Virus record (IMG/VR): IMGVR_UViG_2896607866_000004
Location: 1 to 40,991 of that record
Direction: 5' to 3' (one strand)
DNA from: a virus
Lineage: Duplodnaviria; Heunggongvirae; Uroviricota; Caudoviricetes
DNA length: 40,991 nucleotides
Part shown: positions 1 through 8,534 of the stretch, one piece after another
Position numbering within the stretch: position 1 is the stretch's first letter
Layout: each line of letters opens with the position of its first letter
Notes under the pieces: model-generated
The model's database searches: none
The model's input: the letters and a program-made list of their open reading frames with translations, nothing else
Told to the model about the DNA's origin: nothing
Translations under genes and position numbers: made by a program

Positions 1-108
1 TTAGCCAGCACGCAAAATAAAGGTATAACCTGCGAGCATGACGCCACCAATTCCGCCTAACGCCATAAACAGGAACAGGGCGATGACCCCAATTTTAGCT
101 ATGCGCAT
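1..108 (-). CDS. yohO: small hydrophobic membrane peptide (YohO-like, 35 aa), chromosomal flank
   Basis: ATG at 108-106 on the complement with a GGAG Shine-Dalgarno 6 nt upstream, 35 mostly hydrophobic codons, stop at 3-1. Below the 60-aa cutoff of the ORF track. Name is from recollection of the peptide gene that neighbours mlrA in E. coli. Confidence 0.5.
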
Positions 109-167
109 AATGCACTCCTTATGTTAACGAAAGGATTGTACAGTAAAGCGCATTTGTTAACGAATCA

Positions 168-855
168 TTAAATACCGAGTGGGAAAATATCATGGCCTTG
201 TTCTTGCCAACTGGTGAGTTGCTGCTGTTGGGCGGAGGTTCGATTTTCACCGCACCACACCAGCAATGTACGGCCTTCGAATAGTTCAGGGCGTAGTTGA
301 TTGAGCGAGTGGGCGAGCGAGGACATCAATGCGCCATCCTTGTTGACTGGCAATCCAGCCCTCCAGCCACAGACGGGTGGTATCCTGAATATTCCAGCCA
401 ACCACCAGCGCATCTTTACCCTGTTTTTTACGTGCCGAAGCCAGACAAATGGCGATGTAGTTGATCAGTACGCCGTCGAGGATCGCCAGCAGCGCCTGGA
501 GAGTCGGTTGTTGGCACTGAAGCCGTCGGCGCAGAGGAATAAACAGATGTGTGGTGAGTGTCTGGGCGGGGTAATCCTGACCGAGCTCTTTGATCCACGT
601 TCGCAGGCTATGTAGATTGCCGCTTTGCAGGTAAGTCAGTAATGTTTCTTGCTGATCGCGCCAGACGTTCTGCACATCAACATTTTCATTACTGAGCAGT
701 ATTTTAACTTTGCTGACCTGCACGCCGTTGTCGATCCAGCGTTTGATCTCGCGGATCCGGTCAATATCGGCATCGTTGAACAGCCGATGACCGCCGTCTG
801 TCCGTTGCGGTTTCAGCAATCCGTAACGCCTCTGCCACGCGCGTAACGTGACAGG
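168..855 (-). pseudogene. mlrA: MerR-family regulator MlrA/YehV remnant, 5' end replaced by prophage and with an internal frameshift
   Basis: Two overlapping minus-strand frames (286..819 and 168..413) together encode one MerR-type HTH regulator (…PVTLRAWQRRYGLLKPQRTDGGHRLFNDADIDRIREIK… and …HSLNQLRPELFEGRTLLVWCGENRTS…). Upstream of 819 the frame stays open with no ATG/GTG/TTG until a stop at 889-891. The frame switch lies around 305-325 in a GCGAGC-repeat context. Confidence 0.55.
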
Positions 856-893
856 GATTAAAGGTAAACCAATTGATTTTGCAAGTTTTTATT
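847..893. other. prophage-chromosome junction (attL-side); exact core not resolvable
   Basis: MlrA-like coding similarity ends around 850-860 and the integrase stop codon is at 894-896. The other junction lies outside the window, so the core cannot be defined. Confidence 0.4.
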
Positions 894-2180
894 TTACCCC
901 GCTTTCTTATGGGGCATGCATGGGACACTTTCAGATAGTCTTCTGTTAAGAAGTTCTATCTGTTCGTGATTGTTGTCTTTCATCCATGCTCCGTAAACAT
1001 TGAATACCATTTGTGCGTTTGTGTGGCCCATCTGGCTTGCGATAAAACTAGGATTAGCTCCTGCGGCAAGTGACCAGCATGCATAGGTATGCCTGGATTG
1101 ATACGATTTTCTGTGTCTCAGACCTGCGCGTTTTAAGATACTTGTCCATGACTCCCTGATGGAGTCAACCTTATAGTGCGGTCCGGAAAACTGCCGCTGT
1201 TTTATTACCTGAGGACTAAAAACAAAAGTGCATTTATGCACAGCAGTTCTCCCATATTCCCTCTGCTTTACCTCTACAGAATGTTGCTTTCCAAGCATAG
1301 TCATTTCTGCCTGGCTTTTAAGAGCATCAATAGCTGGTTGAACCAGATGAATTGTCCTTCCGGTGCCAGCATCGGTTTTTGGTGGAGTGAATTCGCCAAG
1401 TTTTGTATAATTCCTACGGATGGTTATAGTCCTTGCTTTAAGGTCGATATCTTCCCATGCCAGCGATACCAACTCCCCGTGACGAATACCCGTGTATACA
1501 GCGAGAATCCACAGGTTTTTTGTTTGTTGATGACGGCAAGCCTCAATAAAACGAATAAATTCGTCACGGGTGAGTGGATCTGGTTTTACCTTGGACTTTT
1601 TTAAGGGGGCCAGACCGTTAAATGGGTTTCCTGAGGTATAACCATTATCTGTTGCAAATTGAAACATTCCAGCTATGGTTGTCATATAGTAGTTTACCGT
1701 GACCACTGAGCGCCCTTTTATGGAAGAAGTCTTTCCATTAGAAAGCTTTTGGTAACCGGTCAACAAATCTCTCCTTACGAAAAGTAAATCCTCTTTTGTT
1801 ATGGATGAAACCAGTTTTTTTTCACCTAACATTGGTAACATGTTTTTAATTACTGACTGGTAACGGTTAAGTGCATTCGCACAAATCTCAATTTTCTTAA
1901 GGTCCAACCATTTTTCCGAAAGTGCCTTAACGGTTATCTCTCTTTTTCCCAGACCAAAGTGTTTCAGGTTAGGGGAATTAGGGAACTGCGCGGCGTAGTC
2001 GAAACTCCCCATTCTGATTGCAAAACAAACGGAAGTGCGAAGTTCACCAGCGATCTTCCGGTTTTTGGCTGTGTCAGGAACACCGAGGTTTTCTCTGACA
2101 CGTTTGCCGTTATAGTGAAACCATATGCGTAGTGATCCGCCATGGTTTTCAACGCCTGTCGGGTATGATGCGTTACTCAT
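894..2180 (-). CDS. int: phage integrase, tyrosine recombinase (428 aa)
   Basis: Long ORF at the prophage edge facing the chromosome. C-terminal region has the tyrosine-recombinase pattern (…HGELVSLAWEDIDL…, …RHTYACWSLAAGANPSFIASQMGHT…). Confidence 0.9.
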   Translation of the reverse strand: MSNASYPTGVENHGGSLRIWFHYNGKRVRENLGVPDTAKNRKIAGELRTSVCFAIRMGSFDYAAQFPNSPNLKHFGLGKREITVKALSEKWLDLKKIEICANALNRYQSVIKNMLPMLGEKKLVSSITKEDLLFVRRDLLTGYQKLSNGKTSSIKGRSVVTVNYYMTTIAGMFQFATDNGYTSGNPFNGLAPLKKSKVKPDPLTRDEFIRFIEACRHQQTKNLWILAVYTGIRHGELVSLAWEDIDLKARTITIRRNYTKLGEFTPPKTDAGTGRTIHLVQPAIDALKSQAEMTMLGKQHSVEVKQREYGRTAVHKCTFVFSPQVIKQRQFSGPHYKVDSIRESWTSILKRAGLRHRKSYQSRHTYACWSLAAGANPSFIASQMGHTNAQMVFNVYGAWMKDNNHEQIELLNRRLSESVPCMPHKKAG

Positions 2181-2213
2181 TAAACCTCCCAGACGTCCAG
2201 GAGCATTAACAGG

Positions 2214-2468
2214 TTAACCGGAACTTGCATTTTTGGCACCTGGTTGTTTCTGGTTTTCGATCCATCGCATAATTTCTTCGATGTTGTACAGGCATTCACT
2301 GTAATGCCCTGGATCACCTTCTACAGCGTAATGACGGTATTCTTTTCCCTGCATCCATGACTTTCTTCTGGCCCGCTCGATGGTGCCAGGCTTTAGCCCT
2401 GTTGATGCAATGAGGACTCTCTCTGTACACCATTTGCTGGGGGTTATCTGATAGATGATTGTCTGCAT
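2214..2468 (-). CDS. xis: excisionase-like protein (84 aa)
   Basis: Small basic ORF immediately upstream of int in the same orientation; size and position typical of lambdoid Xis. Confidence 0.6.
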   Translation of the reverse strand: MQTIIYQITPSKWCTERVLIASTGLKPGTIERARRKSWMQGKEYRHYAVEGDPGHYSECLYNIEEIMRWIENQKQPGAKNASSG

Positions 2469-2487
2469 GCCAACCTCATAAAACTTT

Positions 2488-2621
2488 CATCCACGGCAGT
2501 GGCACCAGACCTCAAACATTCGTTTCACAATTTCACGACAGTAGAAACCGTCAACATCTCGCGTCAGGTCGTAGTGGTTGCCGTAACGCTGGTGGACCCA
2601 TAGCTCAAACGCTTTATTCAT
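2488..2621 (-). CDS. hypothetical small protein (44 aa)
   Basis: ATG at 2621 with AAGGAAG SD 7 nt upstream; MNKAFELWVHQRYGNHYDLTRDVDGFYCREIVKRMFEVWCHCRG. Not in ORF track (under 60 aa). Confidence 0.3.
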
Positions 2622-2624
2622 TTT

Positions 2625-2867
2625 TTACTTCCTTTGCATTGCGCGTAATTTCTTCAGGTGCTTTTCTTGTTCTGTTTCAGCCAGAATCTTGTGATATTCC
2701 AGGTGGTCAATATGCTCGAACAGGCTACTGAATTCACCGATGCGTACTCGCCCGGTACGTCCGTCCATCCTCCGAAAGAACACTGAGTGCTCAGTACTGC
2801 GAGTAATTTCTACTGGGTATCCGGCTCTGTCTGTGTATATCTGCCCGCGTTGAATCAAAGCGAACAT
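2625..2867 (-). CDS. hypothetical protein (about 80 aa from the internal ATG; ORF track calls 2625..2903)
   Basis: Open frame in the leftward operon. A tiny upstream ORF (2872..2955, GGAGGTG SD) overlaps the long form, so the internal start MFALIQRG… is more plausible. Confidence 0.35.
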   Translation of the reverse strand: MFALIQRGQIYTDRAGYPVEITRSTEHSVFFRRMDGRTGRVRIGEFSSLFEHIDHLEYHKILAETEQEKHLKKLRAMQRK

Positions 2868-2990
2868 GTGGTTATCCCCATCGACAAATCGAGTACACAA
2901 CAAACGCTACTGCGAATACCATCCCCAGAGTTACGATTGCATCAGGCCAGCTCATTGATTCACCTCCTGCGGCGTCCTGGTATTCGATTT

Positions 2991-3560
2991 TCATTCCGGA
3001 TGCTCCTGAGCCACGTTGAAATCGCCATGATCACGACAAGGCATCACAACAAATTCAGGATTGCCATACATTGAGTTGATGATGGAATCAAACTGAATTC
3101 TGACCGCTTGCCCGTCACCGGAGGGACGTAACTGGACGGGAATAAATTTACGCTCACGACCAAACATCTTCTCTGGATAACTCAGGTAACCCGCCTGGAG
3201 CACCGGGTGAGTACAGCGGTCAAACTTTTTCGGAATGATGCGATCCAAATCCGGAAAACAACCGTCCACCAGTTTAATGCCGGTAATGGACAGTCGTCGC
3301 TGAAACTGGTCGCGATGAACAGCGATCGGCTCTTTACTAAAAATCAGCTCTGTCGTTTCGGCTTTGGCCGGGACGCCCCCTTCGAACTGGACAATGATGT
3401 TTTTCTTCGTCCGGATGCCGTGAGCCATGCGCAGTGCCACGGAACCATTGGTTGCCTCAATATGTTTCGGCGTGATGTGAAGACCGTTCAGGTAATAACG
3501 AACGTCGTTTTTAGCAGCGCACACCAGAGCGGCGCGAATAAGTTTTGACTGGATGATCAT
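2991..3560 (-). CDS. hypothetical phage early protein (189 aa)
   Basis: ORF whose start overlaps the stop of the upstream antirepressor-like gene (ATGA at 3557-3560); no family recognised. Confidence 0.5.
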   Translation of the reverse strand: MIIQSKLIRAALVCAAKNDVRYYLNGLHITPKHIEATNGSVALRMAHGIRTKKNIIVQFEGGVPAKAETTELIFSKEPIAVHRDQFQRRLSITGIKLVDGCFPDLDRIIPKKFDRCTHPVLQAGYLSYPEKMFGRERKFIPVQLRPSGDGQAVRIQFDSIINSMYGNPEFVVMPCRDHGDFNVAQEHPE

Positions 3561-4306
3561 GCTTTATCCTCCCATCCGATCACCTGGAAAAGCCCCATCT
3601 TCGGGTGATACCAGCGTGTGCCGCGTGGTTCAGCCTCTGACATCATTTGGTGGAACGCCGCCATAAATGGCTCAAGCTCGACGATAGCCCTGCGAGACAA
3701 CAGACCGTCCGGAGTCATGAATTCGTGGGTGTCTGTAGGAATTTGATATGCGTTCACCAGATTCCGACACTTGGCGTCACTCATTCCACTTTTGGCTACC
3801 ACCTGGCGGTAACCGACATATCCGGCGCGCATTGTGCCGCGTTTGATGTTCTCCACAGCTTTGGTGACCGTTTCGATCTTCTTTTCAACATGACTCAGGC
3901 GCTTTTGCTGGCGAACGGCATCGGCGGCCATTGCAGCGATCATCTCCATTTCCGTCAGCGGCGCGTGAGTTCGGAAATAGCTGTTAACCAGTTCGCGCTG
4001 AACCTGCCAGGCCAGATCGTCGGTGAAGGATTTCACCAACATCAAATAACCGGATTCGACCAGTACAATTCCTGCTGCTGCAAATTTTGAGAAAGTACCG
4101 TCAGGGAGGTGTCGACGAATTTCGTCGGAACCTAATTCGAAGTAGTCTTCCCCTTCAATAAGACGAGACTTGTTTTCGCGGAAATTGCGTCCCGCTGTTC
4201 CGTCCGGGCGTTGGTGCACTTCATCAATCATCGCCAGCGTCACCACGCGCTGACCGCGATATTCGATTACCGGAAACTGTTTGTTGTTGATGGTTACAGT
4301 ATTCAT
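3557..4306 (-). CDS. antirepressor-like protein, ORF6N-type N-terminal domain plus KilAC (ANT) C-terminal domain
   Basis: Start MNTVTINNKQF at 4306 with GGAG SD 6 nt upstream (ORF track long form starts 4381). N-terminus matches the ORF6N/Bro-N pattern; the C-terminal 130 aa are about 75-80% identical to the C-terminus of the 10803..11516 product. Confidence 0.7.
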   Translation of the reverse strand: MNTVTINNKQFPVIEYRGQRVVTLAMIDEVHQRPDGTAGRNFRENKSRLIEGEDYFELGSDEIRRHLPDGTFSKFAAAGIVLVESGYLMLVKSFTDDLAWQVQRELVNSYFRTHAPLTEMEMIAAMAADAVRQQKRLSHVEKKIETVTKAVENIKRGTMRAGYVGYRQVVAKSGMSDAKCRNLVNAYQIPTDTHEFMTPDGLLSRRAIVELEPFMAAFHQMMSEAEPRGTRWYHPKMGLFQVIGWEDKA

Positions 4307-4349
4307 TTTTATCTCCAGACAGCCCGGCGTGTAATACCGGGCATATGTA

Positions 4350-5180
4350 TTACTTAACCTGAATAAATGGTGTGTTGGCACCGCTGGTCATGTACTGCAG
4401 CAGTGTGCCGTTCCATTTATTGATGGCTTCCAGCTCCATAACACCGGGGTTCTGGCGCAGAGCTTCACCGCGTAAACGAATTGCATCGGCTTCGGCCTGG
4501 GCTTTTGTGCGAATCGCATCAGCCTGTCCGGCAGCTTCTGCACGCAGCATGTTGGCTTCTGCTTCGCGTTGTTTAACTTCCTGCTCGCGTTGCAGTGTTT
4601 TCTGGTTTGCCGTGACTTTGGCGTTAATGCTGTCGATAACGGTTGGTGGGTACTCTGGCTTACCCACATATGAGAGGCTCATTACCTGAATACCGATGGG
4701 TGTCATTTCTTCCTGGATGTCTTTTAGAGCGGCATCCAGTAATTCAGATTTACCGCCGTCAATAAATTTGTCGGTGGTCATTTTGCTGGCCAGCCGATTG
4801 AGTGCGTCGGCGATCTTCTGGCGCAGGTCTGTATCGGTAATGTCATCCACGCCTTTGCGGTAGGTCTGAAATACCGTGGTAACTTTCGATGGATCAACCT
4901 TATAGGCCACGCCGATGTGATAACCGATGGTTGTGCCGTCGCTCATCTGGAAGCTGAATGGATCATCGTAGGTCTTCATTTGTTTGAAGGTCGGGAAAAT
5001 GTAAACTTCAGTATTCCAGCCAGTCCAGTAGCGACCAACACCGACCACCTCACCGACACCTTTGTCGTCGCCCAGTTTGTTGACTTTGATACCCACATTA
5101 CCTGGTTCAACGCGATCGCAACCTACAAGTCCGAAGACAGCCAGACTGACCGCGAAAACAAGCGCAATTGTTTTTTTCAT
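4350..5180 (-). CDS. SPFH/band-7 (prohibitin-like) domain lipoprotein (276 aa)
   Basis: N-terminal signal peptide with lipobox LVGC; central region resembles SPFH domains by eye; C-terminal coiled-coil-like Ala/Glu/Gln-rich tail; strong GGAGG SD; start overlaps upstream stop (ATGA). Confidence 0.65.
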   Translation of the reverse strand: MKKTIALVFAVSLAVFGLVGCDRVEPGNVGIKVNKLGDDKGVGEVVGVGRYWTGWNTEVYIFPTFKQMKTYDDPFSFQMSDGTTIGYHIGVAYKVDPSKVTTVFQTYRKGVDDITDTDLRQKIADALNRLASKMTTDKFIDGGKSELLDAALKDIQEEMTPIGIQVMSLSYVGKPEYPPTVIDSINAKVTANQKTLQREQEVKQREAEANMLRAEAAGQADAIRTKAQAEADAIRLRGEALRQNPGVMELEAINKWNGTLLQYMTSGANTPFIQVK

Positions 5181-5365
5181 TTTTCCCTCCCGGGGAAAGA
5201 AAGACCCTTATAAATGGCATAAATGCAGGGCGGGGTCAGACACGCCAGAGCAAAGCCAGAAATCACTGCTACCGTATCCTTCATTGATATGAGGGCCGGA
5301 ACAATTAATCCGTAAATACATGCGATAATTGCCAGTGATATAACTATTCTGAAATAAATGTTCAT
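5177..5365 (-). CDS. small integral membrane protein (62 aa), translationally coupled to the SPFH lipoprotein gene
   Basis: AGGAGG SD 3 nt before ATG 5365; two hydrophobic segments; stop overlaps the SPFH gene start. Confidence 0.5.
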   Translation of the reverse strand: MNIYFRIVISLAIIACIYGLIVPALISMKDTVAVISGFALACLTPPCIYAIYKGLSFPGREK

Positions 5366-5425
5366 GGTCCTCCTGATGTATTCGGCTTGCCTTATTTAAT
5401 TGCGTCATGGTTAATTTCGTTTACG

Positions 5426-5818
5426 TCAGAATGGTTTTGTTGCCATCAGTTCGTAATATCCGGCGCTCCATGTGTCATATTTTCTGAACCATTTTTCTGT
5501 ATACTGTTTCCTGGCGATGAGTCTGCGCAGTCGTCTGATTGTTCGCTGGTGTGCGCGGGTATACTCTGTGGTTGATTCTCCACGTTTCCATATCTCATTC
5601 CCGTTGAAGATAAAACGCTTGTCAGGATGGCGTTGTCGGAATCCTGAACGTTCAAAAGCGCGGGTGGTCATAAAGAATGCCAGGTAACGAATTGCCGTTT
5701 TTCGGGTGAGGCATTTTTTTGTTCTTCCGTGGCGTGTTACAAAAAATAACGGGCCGACGGGTGTATCATGTTTCTGTAATGCCTGGTCAATGGCGCTGGC
5801 GGTGCGGTTGTCGATCAT
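5426..5818 (-). CDS. hypothetical basic protein (130 aa)
   Basis: ORF in the leftward operon with start overlapping the upstream gene stop; Arg/Lys-rich. Confidence 0.4.
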   Translation of the reverse strand: MIDNRTASAIDQALQKHDTPVGPLFFVTRHGRTKKCLTRKTAIRYLAFFMTTRAFERSGFRQRHPDKRFIFNGNEIWKRGESTTEYTRAHQRTIRRLRRLIARKQYTEKWFRKYDTWSAGYYELMATKPF

Positions 5819-6033
5819 TTCTTTATTTCCCCCGAATAACGTTCATGACTCATTACTTCCCAGTTCCGGCCGTCGTCTTTCGATAACAGCCGCCAGCGAC
5901 GGTTAACCTTCAGACTGAGATATCCGTTGCGCTGTATCCGATGCGGGAATATACATCGGCATCTGTACCGCCGCAGGACCAGCAACGCCTGCTGGTGGAC
6001 CCACTCAGGAATTCGTGTTGCTGTTAATGTCAC
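5815..6033 (-). CDS. hypothetical protein (72 aa)
   Basis: ORF in operon context with overlapping stop/start to the next gene; no family recognised. Confidence 0.3.
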   Translation of the reverse strand: MTLTATRIPEWVHQQALLVLRRYRCRCIFPHRIQRNGYLSLKVNRRWRLLSKDDGRNWEVMSHERYSGEIKK

Positions 6034-6220
6034 TGGTTTCCTCCTGAGCAGGTGCTGTTATCTGATACCCCGCTCTTTCTGCCAGCCATATGAATGTATC
6101 CATGCTGGCAATCAGCTCTCCATCGCGGACTTTGCAGACACCTGTTACCTGGCCATTTTCAATAGTCATAACGATCTGCACTTTTTCGTGCACAACAGAT
6201 ACAGGGGATAAATTAGCCAT
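6005..6220 (-). CDS. hypothetical protein (71 aa)
   Basis: ORF in operon context; no family recognised. Confidence 0.3.
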   Translation of the reverse strand: MANLSPVSVVHEKVQIVMTIENGQVTGVCKVRDGELIASMDTFIWLAERAGYQITAPAQEETSDINSNTNS

Positions 6221-6579
6221 CAGTTAATTCCTCCGCTGATATATTTTTCTTTCGCGTAATCAATAACCTCTTGTAAAAGGTTGTCTATAATTAACTTTCC
6301 GGTTTCAGCCTGGTATTCAGTATGTTGATTAATCCCGATAGCATTCTGGTATGCAGTTCGGATTTCTGTTTCACCCTCCACTCGACCCAATTCACCACGG
6401 GTAATACCTTCAAAGCGCAACAGCAACTGGTTTATAAACTGTTCTGTTATTTCTATGGTCGTAATGTTCTCATCCAGAAGGTCAACAATAAGCAGATCAC
6501 CACCTGTTTTACGTTTTATTCGATGGAGTGCCGCAACAGCTATACGGCGACGATATGTATTAATGGGTTCATGTGTCAT
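6220..6579 (-). CDS. hypothetical protein (119 aa), first gene of the leftward early operon
   Basis: ATG at 6579 preceded by a 195-bp AT-rich intergenic region (6580-6774). Confidence 0.45.
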   Translation of the reverse strand: MTHEPINTYRRRIAVAALHRIKRKTGGDLLIVDLLDENITTIEITEQFINQLLLRFEGITRGELGRVEGETEIRTAYQNAIGINQHTEYQAETGKLIIDNLLQEVIDYAKEKYISGGIN

Positions 6580-7118
6580 TTGTTATTTCCCGTATGCTTT
6601 ACGCAGAAATAAGCAGGCAATATGCATGTAATTTTCACCGTATTGTGCAATAAGGCAGGCGGTCTTGTGTGATGCCATATTCTTTATTAAAGTCATAATA
6701 AAGCCTCCTGTGGATTAAGGTTGTAACAATCCCCGGTGATAAAACCGCAATAAACGTTCAGGGCATATTTGTTGTTATTGCGCTAATTCTTTTTCGGCAG
6801 CAGCTTTTGAATACTCACATGCAAAGTCCAGAATATCGCTGCCAAGTGCTTTCGTTACGAGGTTACTGGACATATGTAATACCTGTGTTGCATGCAATAA
6901 ATGATAAACATTTACCGCAAATGAATCAGGCTCCAGACAAATGCCTTCGTAATTATCTTGCTGTGAGGTTGTTTCTGTCATTGCTCCTGAAGTGCATGCG
7001 AGCCTGTTTTTGACAATTCTCTTTCCTCTAATCACTATATCGGCAACATCTATTTGAGGTAGCCTGAGTTTAACGGACACTCCTTCCTGAAATAGAATGG
7101 CATCAGAAGGAGCTAATA

Positions 7119-7421
7119 ATGAGCAGAAAAACCCAACGTTACTCTAAAGAGTTCAAAGCCGAAGCTGTCAGAACGGTTCTTGAAAATCAACTTTCGATCA
7201 GTGAAGGCGCTTCCCGATTATCTCTTCCTGAAGGCACTTTAGGACAATGGGTTACCGCCGCCAGAAAAGGGCTCGGTACTCCTGGTTCCCGCACGGTGGC
7301 TGAACTGGAATCTGAAATTCTGCAACTGCGTAAGGCGTTAAATGAAGCTCGCCTTGAGCGCGATATATTAAAAAAAGCAACAGCGTATTTTGCACAGGAG
7401 TCGCTGAAAAATACGCGTTAA
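7119..7421 (+). CDS. IS3-family transposase OrfA (100 aa)
   Basis: MSRKTQRYSKEFKAEAVR… HTH/leucine-zipper-type OrfA; slippery site near its 3' end. Confidence 0.85.
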   Translation: MSRKTQRYSKEFKAEAVRTVLENQLSISEGASRLSLPEGTLGQWVTAARKGLGTPGSRTVAELESEILQLRKALNEARLERDILKKATAYFAQESLKNTR

Positions 7422-7456
7422 TCGAACAATGGCGACAACAATTTCCCATTGAAGCG

Positions 7457-8275
7457 ATGTGTCAGGTATTTGGTGTATCCAGGAGCGGTTATTACAACTG
7501 GGTACAGCATGAACCCTCAGACAGAAAACAAAGTGATGAGCGGCTAAAACTGGAGATTAAGGTGGCACATATCCGCACTCGCGAAACATATGGAACCCGG
7601 CGGCTCCAGACGGAGCTGGCAGAGAATGGCATCATCGTTGGTCGTGACCGACTGGCACGTCTTCGTAAGGAGCTAAGGCTACGCTGTAAGCAGAAACGCA
7701 AGTTCAGAGCGACTACGAACCCGAACCACAATCTGCCAGTTGCGCCAAATCTGCTGAACCAGACGTTCGCTCCTACAGCACCAAATCAGGTCTGGGTGGC
7801 GGACCTGACGTATGTTGCCACACAGGAGGGATGGTTGTACCTCGCTGGCATCAAAGATGTTTATACGTGCGAAATTGTCGGCTACGCCATGGGAGAGCGC
7901 ATGACAAAAGAGCTGACAGGTAAAGCCCTGTTTATGGCGCTCAGGAGCCAGCGCCCACCTGCCGGGCTAATCCACCACTCTGATCGAGGTTCACAGTACT
8001 GCGCATACGATTACCGGGTCATACAGGAGCAGTTTGGTCTGAAAACATCAATGTCGCGTAAAGGTAACTGTTACGACAACGCTCCGATGGAAAGCTTCTG
8101 GGGAACGCTGAAAAATGAGAGCCTGAGCCATTATCGTTTTAATAACCGGGATGAAGCCATCTCAGTAATACGGGAATACATTGAGATTTTCTACAATCGT
8201 CAGCGTCGTCACTCTCGTCTGGGGAATATCTCCCCGGCAGCCTTCAGGGAAAAATATCATCAGATGGCTGCTTAA
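7457..8275 (+). CDS. IS3-family transposase OrfB (DDE catalytic domain), expressed as OrfAB by -1 frameshift
   Basis: 272-aa ORF in the -1 frame relative to OrfA; 100% identical to the OrfB of copy 2. Confidence 0.85.
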   Translation: MCQVFGVSRSGYYNWVQHEPSDRKQSDERLKLEIKVAHIRTRETYGTRRLQTELAENGIIVGRDRLARLRKELRLRCKQKRKFRATTNPNHNLPVAPNLLNQTFAPTAPNQVWVADLTYVATQEGWLYLAGIKDVYTCEIVGYAMGERMTKELTGKALFMALRSQRPPAGLIHHSDRGSQYCAYDYRVIQEQFGLKTSMSRKGNCYDNAPMESFWGTLKNESLSHYRFNNRDEAISVIREYIEIFYNRQRRHSRLGNISPAAFREKYHQMAA

Positions 8276-8534
8276 AAAAGAACAAATGGTAGTGTCCGCT
8301 ATTGCCAGTACACCTCAATTGCCTTTACAACCTCCGGGAGAAGTTCCTGGTTTGTATAATCAAAGTTATCAACATGGAGAACAGTTATGTTTTCGAACTT
8401 TTTCATGGCTTCCTCAGCTGACTTATATGTTCTGCTATATAGCGAGTCTCAGAAGTGTTTTCATATTGAGACTGTTTCCGCAATGATTGATAAAAATGTT
8501 CGCATGTACCTTGAGGGGCGAAGCGGCGATTTTG

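Larger units (their letters stand above)
7055..8317 (+). mobile_element. IS3-family insertion sequence, IS600-like, copy 1 (about 1.26 kb), with 3-bp target duplication ATT
   Basis: Imperfect terminal inverted repeats TGAGGTAGCCTGAGTTTAACGGACAC … GTGTCCGCTATTGCCAGTACACCTCA; OrfA (HTH) and OrfB (DDE) in -1 frame arrangement with an A7G slippery run at 7370-7377; ATT at 7052-7054 and 8318-8320. Nearly identical to the copy at 20170..21433. Confidence 0.85.
6775..8406 (-). pseudogene. small gene of unknown function (about 121 aa when restored) interrupted by the IS600-like element
   Basis: Minus-strand frame reads MKKFENITVLHVDNFDYTNQELLPEVVKA (8406..8321), then continues in frame after removing IS 7055..8317 and one copy of the ATT duplication into IDVADIVIRGKR…KELAQ (7054..6775). 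The ORF-track start at 7080 lies inside the IS terminus. Confidence 0.5.
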
